This document shows, piece by piece, positions 30,633 to 40,469 of a stretch of 64,000 nucleotides of DNA. The DNA lies in contig CAWCDG010000002.1 in the NCBI GenBank assembly GCA_963794325.1, positions 416,001-480,000 on the forward strand. Direction: 5' to 3'. The position numbers and the translations under genes are program-made. Below the pieces are notes generated by a model. The model saw nothing but the letters and a program-made list of their open reading frames with translations. It was not told the origin of the DNA and did no database searches. Source of the DNA: an uncultured delta proteobacterium. Lineage in GTDB: Bacteria > Desulfobacterota > Binatia > Binatales > Binataceae. The number at the start of each line of letters is the position of its first letter. Position 1 is the first letter of the stretch.

Positions 30633-31217
30633 CTACGGCTGATCCGGCAGCCAGATGACCGTCGTATCTCTTCGAGGCTCGCTCCAGACTGCGACCGAAT
30701 GGTTGGCTGACTCGAGTCGTGAGATGTCGGCGTGAGAATCGTTGTCCTCCATCGTGGGCTCGTTGGCTGCCGCGGTCGCAACTTGATTGGCCGGCGGGGC
30801 GGAAGCGTTCTGATCTGAACTGGCGACTACCGTCGGCTGCGTCCCTCGATTGGCGAATTGGCGCGCATACGGCGTCATCAGAACTATCGTCATGATCGCT
30901 GCCGCTGCTACCGCACCGCCCCACGCGACGCCCGATCCGACCGAGTCCAACTGGCGCCGAATGAAACGTTCGATTCTCGTGAGCACTGGCTGCGGCAGAC
31001 GATCGAGTCGCGCGATTACCGCGCTCGAGAATCCAGCCAGCGAAGGCGCGGCTGTGATCGATCTGAGGTTTCGTCCGAGAGTCGAATAGTCTCCGAGAAC
31101 GGCCGTGCATGATTCGCATCGCGCCAGATGAAACGCGACTTCCTGCATCTCGTTCGGTTCGAGTTCAGAGTCCTCGAACGCGCCGAGCATCATGCTTATT
31201 TCACTACATTCAGCCAT
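30633..31217 (-). CDS. Zinc-binding (zf-HC2) transmembrane anti-sigma factor
   Basis: HLARCESC (HxxxCxxC), a central TM helix, directly after the ECF sigma gene. Confidence 0.88.
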   Translation of the reverse strand: MAECSEISMMLGAFEDSELEPNEMQEVAFHLARCESCTAVLGDYSTLGRNLRSITAAPSLAGFSSAVIARLDRLPQPVLTRIERFIRRQLDSVGSGVAWGGAVAAAAIMTIVLMTPYARQFANRGTQPTVVASSDQNASAPPANQVATAAANEPTMEDNDSHADISRLESANHSVAVWSEPRRDTTVIWLPDQP

Positions 31218-31226
31218 AGATGTCGC

Positions 31227-31805
31227 TCAGTTCCCGCCCACGTCCTTCAAGATGTTACGCAGGTGCGTGCGTGCATAATGCAACCTGCTCATGACCGTTC
31301 CTCTTGGGCACTGCAAAACGTCGCTAATTTCGTCGTACGACATTCCTTCGACTTCGCGTAGAAGTATCACTGCGCGATGTTCTGGCGTCAACTCCTCCAG
31401 CGCTTGCTTTAGCCGCGCCGAGAGTTCACTACGACTGACTTCCTTGAACGAGTCTCCTGCGGTCGTCGGCAGCTTGCTGATCTCGTTTTCGGCATCTTCT
31501 CCGTGAAGAACAACGTGGCGTCCCTCGCGCCGCCAGAAATCGATCGCGAGGTTGGCCGCGATTCGATAAAGCCAGGTTGAGAAGCTCGAGCGGGATTCGA
31601 ACTTCGACAGGTTTTCGTAGGCGCGGACAAAAGTTTCTTGCGCCAGTTCAATCGCATCATCCTGATTGTGCACCACTGCCAGCGCGACGCCGACCACCCG
31701 GCGCTGGTATCGTTCCACCAAAACGCCGAACGCTTCCGAATCGCCCTTGCGCGAGCGTTCGATAAGTTCGGCTTCATCACCGTCGTGGCGGCCTGGTGTT
31801 CTCAA
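31227..31805 (-). CDS. ECF sigma-70 factor (RpoE-like)
   Basis: GDSEAFGVLVERYQ, SSFSTWLYRIA, LREVEGMSYDEI, GTVMSRLHYAR. Confidence 0.93.
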   Translation of the reverse strand: MRTPGRHDGDEAELIERSRKGDSEAFGVLVERYQRRVVGVALAVVHNQDDAIELAQETFVRAYENLSKFESRSSFSTWLYRIAANLAIDFWRREGRHVVLHGEDAENEISKLPTTAGDSFKEVSRSELSARLKQALEELTPEHRAVILLREVEGMSYDEISDVLQCPRGTVMSRLHYARTHLRNILKDVGGN

Positions 31806-31848
31806 CTTGAGTAGACGCAGTTGCGGGCGACTAAATTCAGCGAAGTGT

Positions 31849-34446
31849 TCATCCGGCCGCGCCGCCCATCTCGGCCCAGTTCGGACCGGATTTCAGCTCT
31901 ACTTTCAGTGGGATTTTGAGTTCGGCGACCCCCTCCATTTCGCGTTTTGCCAGTTTTGCCGCTTCTTGCCATTCGTTTTCGGGTGCTTCGAGCAGTAGTT
32001 CGTCATGCACTTGCAGTATCATTCGAGCGCCGAGGCCGCGTTCCTTGAGCACCCGGTCCAGTCGTATCATAGCGAGTTTTATCAGGTCTGCCGCAGTGCC
32101 CTGGATCGGGGTGTTGATAGCTATTCGCTCTGCTTGCGCCCTCGCGCCGCCCGGCTGCGAGTTGAGCTCGGGCAGATAACGCCGACGCCCGTACATTGTG
32201 GTTACGTATCCGGTGGTCCGCGCGATTCGAACGGTGTCGTCCAGCCATGCGCGCACGCCCGGCAGCCGCTCGAAGTAGCGCTTGATGTAGTCCGAGGCTT
32301 CCGACAGCGCAATCCCGAGCTCGCCCGCCAGCCGCTGCGCACCCATCCCGTAGATAATCCCGAAGTTTATCACCTTCGCCAGCCGCCGCGCCTCGGCGTT
32401 GACCTTGTCCGGCGTGACTCCGAGCACCTCGGTTGCAGTGCGGATGTGGATGTCCTCGCCGGTCGTGAACGCCTCGACCAGAGTTTTGTCTCCCGACAGA
32501 TGAGCCATCACGCGCAGATCGATTTGCGAATAATCGGCCGACACGAACACGCACCCCGGCTTCGGCACGAATGCCCGGCGAATCCGGCGCCCCTCAACGC
32601 TGCGAGTCGGGATATTCTGCAGATTCGGATCGCTCGAGCTGACCCGTCCCGTAGGCACCAGCGCCTGATGCCACGTTGTATGGATTCGGCCGGTGCCCGA
32701 TCGGATCACCTCCGACAGCGCGTCGGCGTACGTCGATTTCAATTTCGAAACGGTGCGGTACTCGATCAGCTTGCGCGGCATCGGATGCACCGCAGCGAGC
32801 TTTTCGAGCGTGTCGGCGTCGGTGGAAAATCCACTCTTGGTTTTTTTCAGTCCCTTGGCCGACAGCTTCAGATGAGTAAACAGAACCTCGCGCAACTGGA
32901 TGGGCGAGTTGAGATTGAACTCGCGGCCCGCCAGCTCGTAGCATTCGCGCTCCAGCCGGCTCATCTCTTCGGCGAATTCCTTCGAGATGATCTTGAGCGC
33001 GTCGCCGTCGATTCCGATTCCGGCGGTTTCCATCTCGGCCAGTATCGGCGCGATCGGCATCTCGATTTCGTTGTACATCGAGGTGAGCCCGTCGCCTTCC
33101 AGACGCTCCGTAAGCGCTTCGCGAAGATTTCTGATGAGTGCCGCGTTGGTGCCCGGCGGGCTGCTGGCGCCCAGCGGAGCCAAATATTCGTGATAAAGAT
33201 GGGTCAGCGACGGCTCGCCCTGTCCTGAATTGATCAGAAAGCCCGCGAGCATCGTGTCGAAATCGACGCCCTTGAGCGCGATTCTATGCCGCGCGAACGC
33301 CTCGATTTGATTCTTCAGATCGTGACACGACTTGAGCGGATGCTCGGCGCTCAGCAGAGATGCCGCGCTTGCGATTTCATCCTGTTCGACAACGATCGTC
33401 GTATCGGCGCCACCAATCTGCAACGTGTCCTGCCCTGTTTCAGATTCGGTGAGATCGACTGCAATCCGAGGCGCAGCAGCGAGCACCTTGAGCGCATCCG
33501 TCAGATCTTTTCCGCGGACCGCTGCCGCGGGCTTCGCCGTCGACTCCAGACCCGGCAGGTCCGCCTGCGACGGCGATATCTCGCGGATAATCGAATTGAA
33601 CTCCAGCTCGCGCATGAGCTCCGCGCCCAGCTTCTCGTCGACGCCATGCCATGCGAACTCGTCGGGCTCTATTTTGAGCGGCATGTCGGTCTCGATGCGG
33701 ACCAACTTCCGCGCGAGGTCCACCGCCGCACGATGCTCCGCGAGCAGCCCCGCGACTTTTTTCGCGCCGCGAATCCCCGACTCTTCAATGCGATCGAGGT
33801 TTTCGTAGAGTTGCTTGATCCCGCCGAATTTCTGAATCAGCGCCGCCGCCGTCTTCTCGCCGACTCCCGGCACGCCCTTGATATTGTCGATAGTGTCGCC
33901 CGTGAGCGCCTGAATCTCGATCAGCGCCGACGGCTCGACGCCGAAGCGCTCGCGCACCTCGCGCGTCCCGATTCGCCGGTCGCGCATCGTGTCCCACAAC
34001 GTCACGTGCGGCCCGACCAACTGCATGAAATCCTTGTCGGCCGTGATCAGTGTGACGACAAAATCCTCTTTCGCCGCGCGCTTGGCCAGCGTGCCGATCA
34101 CGTCGTCAGCCTCGAAGCCTTCGATCATCAGCGACTTGATTCGAAACGCCTCGACCGCGCGATGGATATACGGAATCTGCACGATCAGGTCGTTGGGCGC
34201 CTCGCTGCGGTTCGCCTTGTAGTCGGCGAACAGGTCGTCGCGAAAAGTTCTCTTGGGCGAGTCGAACACGATCGCGATATGCGACGGACGCGCGTCCTTG
34301 AGCAGCTTCAACAGCATCCGGATAAAGCCGAAGACCGCCTGGGTCGGCAGCCCGCGCGAGGTATTCATCGGCGGCAACGCATGAAACGCGCGAAAGATGT
34401 ACCCGGAGCCATCGACCAGAATCAGTTGTTTCCGTTCCGCAGCCAT
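31849..34446 (-). CDS. polA: DNA polymerase I
   Basis: LVDGSGYIFRAFHA, EADDVIGT, GVPGVGEKTA, SSSDPNLQNIP, ADYSQIDLR, INFGIIYG, LQVHDELL. Confidence 0.97.
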   Translation of the reverse strand: MAAERKQLILVDGSGYIFRAFHALPPMNTSRGLPTQAVFGFIRMLLKLLKDARPSHIAIVFDSPKRTFRDDLFADYKANRSEAPNDLIVQIPYIHRAVEAFRIKSLMIEGFEADDVIGTLAKRAAKEDFVVTLITADKDFMQLVGPHVTLWDTMRDRRIGTREVRERFGVEPSALIEIQALTGDTIDNIKGVPGVGEKTAAALIQKFGGIKQLYENLDRIEESGIRGAKKVAGLLAEHRAAVDLARKLVRIETDMPLKIEPDEFAWHGVDEKLGAELMRELEFNSIIREISPSQADLPGLESTAKPAAAVRGKDLTDALKVLAAAPRIAVDLTESETGQDTLQIGGADTTIVVEQDEIASAASLLSAEHPLKSCHDLKNQIEAFARHRIALKGVDFDTMLAGFLINSGQGEPSLTHLYHEYLAPLGASSPPGTNAALIRNLREALTERLEGDGLTSMYNEIEMPIAPILAEMETAGIGIDGDALKIISKEFAEEMSRLERECYELAGREFNLNSPIQLREVLFTHLKLSAKGLKKTKSGFSTDADTLEKLAAVHPMPRKLIEYRTVSKLKSTYADALSEVIRSGTGRIHTTWHQALVPTGRVSSSDPNLQNIPTRSVEGRRIRRAFVPKPGCVFVSADYSQIDLRVMAHLSGDKTLVEAFTTGEDIHIRTATEVLGVTPDKVNAEARRLAKVINFGIIYGMGAQRLAGELGIALSEASDYIKRYFERLPGVRAWLDDTVRIARTTGYVTTMYGRRRYLPELNSQPGGARAQAERIAINTPIQGTAADLIKLAMIRLDRVLKERGLGARMILQVHDELLLEAPENEWQEAAKLAKREMEGVAELKIPLKVELKSGPNWAEMGGAAG

Positions 34447-34592
34447 CAGTCGAAACTATCCGATACGGTTCTGAAAACAAAAGCATCGTCAAAAGTAAAT
34501 CGCTTGGGTCATTAGCTCTCCCCACAATTTCAGGGATTCAAGAATGCAGAGAGAGTCGATGTTGGTGCTGAAGCGAAACGCGCTGGGCGCGC

Positions 34593-34715
34593 GAGATCCT
34601 TCGCTGCGCTCAGGATGACACCAAAAAGCAAATGCCCACACGCGTCATTCTGAGCGAAAGCTGCTGTAGCGAAGAATCTCGGCGGACGCTCCGGCGTCCG
34701 GCGTCAGCTATGCGC
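34593..34715. repeat. Family C repeat halves in swapped order
   Basis: GAGATCCTTCGCTGCGCTCAGGATGAC (34593-34619), then GTCATTCTGAGCGAAAGCTGCTGTAGCGAAGAATCTC (34644-34680). Confidence 0.8.
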
Positions 34716-35147
34716 GAATCTGCGGAACTCCTGCCAGCTAAAGAGATGCCGATTCGCGGGCAACTGAAAGCCACTTATCGCTTGGCGATTCTCACGATTC
34801 GGTCCAGTCGGGTTTTCGTGGCTAACTTTATTTCAGGAAGAGTGCCGAAAAAGCTGCGACTCTCAGATATGATTCCATCGCGCTTCAGGTTTCGAACGCT
34901 CGCCTTGGTATTTCTGACCCCAGAGCGCTTGCTGTTGGTGCGATTTTTCATGCGCGACTCTACCGCTGAGATTAACACACCCCTTTCGGACCGGCCAACC
35001 GAACCCTTGAGCATCGAGCAACTGTATTGACAGTTTGGGCTGGCGTGTTTAATTAGTCGGTTGCCTTGTGGTGGATCGAATTGTCGTGCCACTCTGTTCG
35101 TCAATTGATTGGAACCATCGCGATGGCTCTGGAATTGGACGACCTGA

Positions 35148-35915
35148 ATGATTGAGGTTAAAAACCTAACTAAAGCCTACGGCAACTTTGTCGCGGTTAA
35201 AGACGTATCGTTCAAAGCCGAGAGCGGTTCTATCCTCGGCTTCCTCGGCCCCAACGGCGCTGGCAAGACCACGACGATGCGAATCATCACCGGCTACATG
35301 CCTGCGACTGCGGGCACCGTGGTGATTGACGGACTCGATATTTTCTCGCAGTCGCTCGAGGCACGCCGCAAAATCGGCTACCTGCCCGAGAATCCGCCGC
35401 TGTATCCTGACATGCGGGTCGAGGCTTATCTGCGATTCGTCGCGAAACTGCGCGATGTTCCGCGCGCAAAGATTGACCAGGCGCTCGATCACGTTCTCGA
35501 CGTTTGCGGACTGACCGACATGGCGCATCGGATATGTGGCCAACTCTCGAAAGGCTATCGACAGCGCGTCGGGCTGGCCCAGGCGCTGATTCACGATCCG
35601 CCCGTGCTGGTCCTCGACGAGCCGACCATCGGTCTCGACCCGCGTCAGATTCACGAAATCCGCGGACTGATTCACAATCTATCGGGCAATCGGACGGTCG
35701 TGCTCTCGACCCACATCCTGCCCGAGGTCTCGCAGATCTGCGACAAGGTCGTCATCATTGCCGACGGCCGCGTCGTGCTCGAGGAATATCTGAAGAAGCT
35801 GCCCGCCGGGACTTCGCTCGAAGATATTTTCCTGACCGCGATTACCAAGGAGCATCACGAGGACGGCGCCACGGCCGAGGAAAAGCTGGAGGAGGTCGGA
35901 GCGGGGCATACCTAG
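35148..35915 (+). CDS. ABC transporter ATP-binding protein (GldA-like)
   Basis: GPNGAGKTT, LSKGYRQRVG, LDEPTIGLDP, LSTHIL. Confidence 0.93.
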   Translation: MIEVKNLTKAYGNFVAVKDVSFKAESGSILGFLGPNGAGKTTTMRIITGYMPATAGTVVIDGLDIFSQSLEARRKIGYLPENPPLYPDMRVEAYLRFVAKLRDVPRAKIDQALDHVLDVCGLTDMAHRICGQLSKGYRQRVGLAQALIHDPPVLVLDEPTIGLDPRQIHEIRGLIHNLSGNRTVVLSTHILPEVSQICDKVVIIADGRVVLEEYLKKLPAGTSLEDIFLTAITKEHHEDGATAEEKLEEVGAGHT

Positions 35916-35933
35916 ACCACCCGTGTCGCTCGA

Positions 35934-36707
35934 ATGAAAAATTCTTTGACAATCGCGGGCAAGGAGCTCGCGGGATATTTCCTGCAGCCGGTCGCCTACG
36001 TCGTGATGACGGTGTTCCTACTGCTGGGCGGCTTCTTTTTCTTCGCGCTGCTGCGCTACTTCGAAGTGACGCTGACGGCATACGCCGCGATGCAAAATCC
36101 TGAAGTGCTGCAGAAATTGAATCTCAACGAGCGTGTCATCGAGCCGATGCTACACAATCTCGCGATCGTGCTCGTCATCCTGGTCCCGGCGATCACGATG
36201 CGCAGTTTTGCCGAGGAGAAGCGCACCGGCACTTACGAGCTTCTGCTCACCGCGCCTATTCGCACCGGCGAGATTGTCGCGGGAAAATTTATCGCGGCCG
36301 CCGCGTTCATGCTGATCATGATTGGGCTCGCCGGGATGTTCCCGCTGATCCTGATCGCGTTCGGCAATCCGGAAATTGGCGTGATGTTCGCGGGCTATCT
36401 CGGGCTGGCGTTCCTCGCGATCTCGTTCGTGTCGATCGGACTGTTCACCAGTTCGCTGACCCAGAATCAGATCATCGCGGCGATCAGTTGTTTCGGCCTG
36501 CTTCTGTTGCTGTTCGTGATTTCATGGCCGGCGCAGGCGGGCGGATCCTCGTTCTCCGATTTGCTGCGCTACCTGTCCCTGCCGGACCATTTCGCGCAGA
36601 TGGTCACCGGCATCATCGACACGCGCGACATCGTGTATTTCCTGAGTCTCATCTTCGTGGCGCTGTTCTTGACCCAACGTTCGGTCGAGTCCGCGCGCTG
36701 GCGGTAG
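35934..36707 (+). CDS. ABC-2 permease (GldF-like)
   Basis: PAITMRSFAEEKRTGTYELLLTAP, SSLTQNQIIAA; about six TM segments. Confidence 0.88.
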   Translation: MKNSLTIAGKELAGYFLQPVAYVVMTVFLLLGGFFFFALLRYFEVTLTAYAAMQNPEVLQKLNLNERVIEPMLHNLAIVLVILVPAITMRSFAEEKRTGTYELLLTAPIRTGEIVAGKFIAAAAFMLIMIGLAGMFPLILIAFGNPEIGVMFAGYLGLAFLAISFVSIGLFTSSLTQNQIIAAISCFGLLLLLFVISWPAQAGGSSFSDLLRYLSLPDHFAQMVTGIIDTRDIVYFLSLIFVALFLTQRSVESARWR

Positions 36708-36720
36708 GGGATAGGGGCGG

Positions 36721-38283
36721 ATGCGACGATCGGCGGCGTTGTACGGAATTCTCGGCCTGGTTCTGCTCACGTTCGGGCTGGTTGACTATTTTATTTCGAG
36801 CGGCTTTCGGCTGTTTGTATGGGTCAACCTGGCCGGCGGCGTCTTCGCGCTCGTTCTGTGGATTACGTCGAGCCGTACAGAGCTGGCCTCGATCACCACC
36901 GGACGCTCGGCCCGCTACGGCGCCAACGCCGCCATCTACTCGATTGCGTTCATTGGGTTGCTGATCGCGATTAACTACATTTCGTCGCTCCATCACACCC
37001 GGCTCGATCTCACGAGCGAGAAGGTTTACAGCCTGTCGAGCCAATCGATAAACGTGGTCAAGGGTCTGAAGAAGCCGCTCAAGTTGTACGGCTTCTTCCA
37101 GGGCGGCGAGAATCCGGCCGCGCGCGAACTCTACGAGACCTTCGCGTACTACTCGCCCAAGCTCACTTACGAGCTGGTCGATCCCGACAAGCATCCCGAG
37201 CTCGCCGAGCTTTTCAAAGTGTCGGTAATGGGCACCACGCATCTGCAGTACGGCGGCGACAAAGGCGAGGGCATCAACGTCACCGAGCTCAACGAGGAAG
37301 CGCTGACCAACGCGATCATTCGCGCAACCAAGAGCACCAAGAAGGTGATCGAGTTCCTCGACGGCCACGGTGAGGCCGATATCGACGATGCGGAAGGCCA
37401 GGACGGATACGGCACCATCAAGAAAGCTCTGGAGGGCGAGGGCTACGAGGTTCGCAAGCTCGAGCTCGCGCAACTTGCCAAGGTGCCCGATGACGCGAAC
37501 CTGGTCGTAGTCGCGGGACCGATCAAACCGCTCGGCCAGCACGAGATCGATGCGCTGAACGACTACCTGAAGCATGGCGGGCGCGTGATTGCGATGTACC
37601 GGCCGCAGCGCCCCGATAATCCGATCGACGAAAACGCGATGGTGAAGCTGGCCAGCGATTGGGGCGTCAAGGTCGGCAACGATATCGTCGTGGATCAAGT
37701 GGTGCGCCTGTTCGAAGGTCCCGCGCTCGGCCTCAATCCTTTCGTGCAGAATTACGGCGCGCATCCGATTACCAAGGATTTCAAGCAGCGCACCATGTTT
37801 CCGATGACGCGATCGCTCGCCGCCGAACCCAATCTGAAACCGGGACTTACGGTCACGCCGATCGCGAACACCAGCGATACCTCGTGGGCGGAGGTTGATC
37901 TCGACACGCTGTTCCGGCAGCAGAAGGCGGAGCTGACCGCCAAGGACACCCGCGGTCCGATCGCGGTGGTGATGGCAGTGGACGGCAACCTCGATCAGCT
38001 TGGCGTGGGCAAGGGCGATGCGCGCGTCGTGGTGTATGGCAGCACCGAGTTCGCCGACAACCAATACGTCACGCAGTTCTTCAACCGCGATTTTTTCATC
38101 AACAGCGCCGACTGGCTGACCGGCGAGGAAAACTCGATCTCGATCAGGCCTAAATCGATTCGAGCGTCGCGCTTCCGCCTGACCGAGGGACAGTTCTCGA
38201 TCGTGTTCGCATTCGCGGTGTTGCTGCTGCCCGAGCTGCTGCTGATTGCCGGGATCGTCGTGTGGTGGGAACGGCGTAATTGA
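36721..38283 (+). CDS. GldG-family ABC auxiliary protein
   Basis: RLDLTSEKVYSLS, EEALTNAI, FLDGHGE, NRDFFINSADWL, C-terminal TM segment plus WWERR. Confidence 0.85.
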   Translation: MRRSAALYGILGLVLLTFGLVDYFISSGFRLFVWVNLAGGVFALVLWITSSRTELASITTGRSARYGANAAIYSIAFIGLLIAINYISSLHHTRLDLTSEKVYSLSSQSINVVKGLKKPLKLYGFFQGGENPAARELYETFAYYSPKLTYELVDPDKHPELAELFKVSVMGTTHLQYGGDKGEGINVTELNEEALTNAIIRATKSTKKVIEFLDGHGEADIDDAEGQDGYGTIKKALEGEGYEVRKLELAQLAKVPDDANLVVVAGPIKPLGQHEIDALNDYLKHGGRVIAMYRPQRPDNPIDENAMVKLASDWGVKVGNDIVVDQVVRLFEGPALGLNPFVQNYGAHPITKDFKQRTMFPMTRSLAAEPNLKPGLTVTPIANTSDTSWAEVDLDTLFRQQKAELTAKDTRGPIAVVMAVDGNLDQLGVGKGDARVVVYGSTEFADNQYVTQFFNRDFFINSADWLTGEENSISIRPKSIRASRFRLTEGQFSIVFAFAVLLLPELLLIAGIVVWWERRN

Positions 38284-38312
38284 GGCGTCCCGCGAATCCG
38301 GCCTGATCACCG

Positions 38313-39725
38313 ATGCGCCCGCGCAACACTATTATCGTCCTGGTCCTTTTCGCGATTGTCGGCGGCTACGCCTTTATCGTCTCGCATTATTCGCAGACCG
38401 AGGCGACGCAGAAACTGATCAACGTCAAGCAGGACGATATCGCGAAGATCGAGCTCAAGTACTCTGACCGCGACATCGTGCTCGAGCGCGACAAAGGCAA
38501 GCCATGGCGGCTCGTGAAGCCAATCGGTACGGACGCCGACCAGGCGCAGTCCAACAATCTCGCGCACGCGATTGCCGATGGCGCGCTGGTTCGCACCGTG
38601 GATGACAAGCCGGCCGACCTCGCGCCCTTCGGGCTCAAGCCGCCGACTACCACTGTCACCGTTACCACTTTCGACAAGAAGACGTTGCCGTCGATCGAAG
38701 TCGGCAAGTCGACGCCGATCGGATTCAACACTTACGTCCGGCTCTCCAGCGGTCCGGCGGTGCTGCTGACGGAAGGCGCGTTCTCGGCCGGGATGAACAA
38801 GACGGTCAACGATTTGCGCGTCCGCGACCTGATGGCGTTCCAGATGGACGACGTTCAGAAACTCATCATCGCGCGCGACAATGGACAGACGGTTGAAATC
38901 GATCGCGATGGCGACAACTGGAAGATGGTCAAACCCGCGCCGTCGCCAGCCGACGACACCGCCGTCCGCTTGGCGCTCAGCACGCTGGTCAACGCGAAGG
39001 CGACGGACTTTATCAACGATGCGCCCGCGAACGTCAATCAATACGGCCTGGAAAAACCTCATCTGACGGCAACCGTCGTGCTCAAGAACGGCGAGCAGCA
39101 ATCGATGCTGTTCGGCTTCAAGCAAAAGGAGGAGGGCAAGACCGGGATTTACGTGCGGCGCGGAGAGCGCGCCCCGGTTTACGCGGTGGCCGAGTACGTG
39201 ATGACCAGCCTGGACAAGTCGCCGCTGGATTTCCGCGACAAGACGATTGTGAAGGTCGATCCCGAGTCGGTCGATTCGGTCAAGATCAAAAACTCCGATG
39301 GCGAGTTCACGCTCAAGCGCGCGCCAGTCGGAAAGTGGGACGTGTTAGTTGGCGGTAAGACGACGGAGGGCGATATTCCGGTCGTCGAGCGGCTCTTGAA
39401 TCAGCTCCGTGATCTTAAAGGCGAATCGATCGTCGCCGATCCGATGCCAAGTGCGCAGCCGTTCGGCCTCGACAATCCCGCACTCGAAGTCACGCTGATA
39501 GGCAAAGACGGCAAGCAGTTGGGCGCTATCAAGCTCGCAAAGATCAGCGTCAAGCTAACCGCCCCGCCAATCCCGGGCGAGCCGCCGCAGCGGTCCGAAT
39601 ACTACGCCACCTCAGCCGGGAGCAAAGCGGTGTACTCACTGAGCGATTTCAGCTTCGAGCAACTAAACAAACCCGCGCCTCTGTACATGGCAAAACCCCC
39701 CGAACCGCTCCCGCCGTCGAAGTAG
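38313..39725 (+). CDS. DUF4340-like domain protein (three repeats)
   Basis: N-terminal anchor; repeated W..VKP...D / (F/Y)GL..P units; typical neighbour of GldG clusters. Confidence 0.78.
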   Translation: MRPRNTIIVLVLFAIVGGYAFIVSHYSQTEATQKLINVKQDDIAKIELKYSDRDIVLERDKGKPWRLVKPIGTDADQAQSNNLAHAIADGALVRTVDDKPADLAPFGLKPPTTTVTVTTFDKKTLPSIEVGKSTPIGFNTYVRLSSGPAVLLTEGAFSAGMNKTVNDLRVRDLMAFQMDDVQKLIIARDNGQTVEIDRDGDNWKMVKPAPSPADDTAVRLALSTLVNAKATDFINDAPANVNQYGLEKPHLTATVVLKNGEQQSMLFGFKQKEEGKTGIYVRRGERAPVYAVAEYVMTSLDKSPLDFRDKTIVKVDPESVDSVKIKNSDGEFTLKRAPVGKWDVLVGGKTTEGDIPVVERLLNQLRDLKGESIVADPMPSAQPFGLDNPALEVTLIGKDGKQLGAIKLAKISVKLTAPPIPGEPPQRSEYYATSAGSKAVYSLSDFSFEQLNKPAPLYMAKPPEPLPPSK

Positions 39726-39737
39726 CCCTTTCTTTCT

Positions 39738-39775
39738 GGTTCCCCTTCCCACTTGGGAAGGGGTTAGGGGTTAGG
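39738..39775 (+). repeat. Hairpin plus G-rich tail repeat, family B
   Basis: GGTTCCCCTTCCC-ACTT-GGGAAGGGGTTAGGGGTTAGG. Confidence 0.85.
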
Positions 39776-39824
39776 TCGCCCGGATTTGCTGATCGAATGC
39801 ATTCGGATGTATTCTTTGTGAATA

Positions 39825-40088
39825 ATGGCCGCTGAAAAGACAACGACAGTGCGTATGGAAAGCCGCACCCTTAAACGCGTCGATAGTCTCGCTAATGCTC
39901 TGAGCCGTTCACGTGCATGGGTGATAAATCAGGCGGTCGAACGCTACCTCGACTACGAAGAATGGTTCGTCGGCGAGGTCAAGCATGCGCTCAAGCAAGT
40001 CGAAGCGGGCGAGGTTCTGGGCCACGGCGAGGTGGTAAAGAGGTTGGAGCGAAAGCGTGCGGCTGGACTGGGCTCGAGACGCCGCTAG
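39825..40088 (+). CDS. CopG/RHH-family antitoxin
   Basis: TTTVRM...VDSLANALSRSRAWVINQAVERYL..EEW; overlaps the toxin gene. Confidence 0.85.
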   Translation: MAAEKTTTVRMESRTLKRVDSLANALSRSRAWVINQAVERYLDYEEWFVGEVKHALKQVEAGEVLGHGEVVKRLERKRAAGLGSRRR

Positions 40089-40341
40089 CGACCTCGATTC
40101 GATCGAGGAGTACATTGGGCGCAACAATCCTGAAGCTGCGTTTCGAGCCCTCGCAGAAATCGTTGGACAAGTGGAAATACTGACCCAACACCCGGGTATC
40201 GGACGACCGGGCCGCGTCGATGGCACCCGCGAATTGGTGATCGCGGGACTGCCTTACGTCGTCGCATATCTTCATCGGGACGACACTGTCACTGTGTTGC
40301 GCGTACTTCACGGTGCGATGAAATGGCCTAAGCGGTTCTGA
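40057..40341 (+). CDS. RelE/ParE-family toxin
   Basis: LDW...A..DLDSIEEYI...NP.AA, GRPGRVDGTREL, VLRVLHG. Confidence 0.9.
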   Translation: MRLDWARDAASDLDSIEEYIGRNNPEAAFRALAEIVGQVEILTQHPGIGRPGRVDGTRELVIAGLPYVVAYLHRDDTVTVLRVLHGAMKWPKRF

Positions 40342-40469
40342 GCAGAGAGTTGGTTCGCGCGACGTCGGAGGCTTGCACTCAAGCGCGATTTCCGTCACTG
40401 CTCGCTTAGTGCAGGATTAGGATTGACGGAGCCGCCAATCTGCTGCGTCGTTACAGGAGGAGGATTCTG

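Noticed and set aside
11753-38310. Many long antisense ORFs (e.g. 11753-13072, 14633-15940, 17899-19443, 32005-33228, 36649-38310)
   Set aside because: Shadow ORFs expected in high-GC coding DNA, lying opposite well-supported genes and with no recognisable motifs.
35148-39725. GldA/F/G-like cluster as evidence of gliding motility
   Set aside because: This ABC module is widespread in non-gliding bacteria and no other gliding or T9SS genes are present here.
39738-39775. GGGAAGGG as a KOPS-like (GGGNAGGG) polar motif
   Set aside because: It is one arm of a hairpin whose other arm gives the same motif on the opposite strand, so it has no net polarity.
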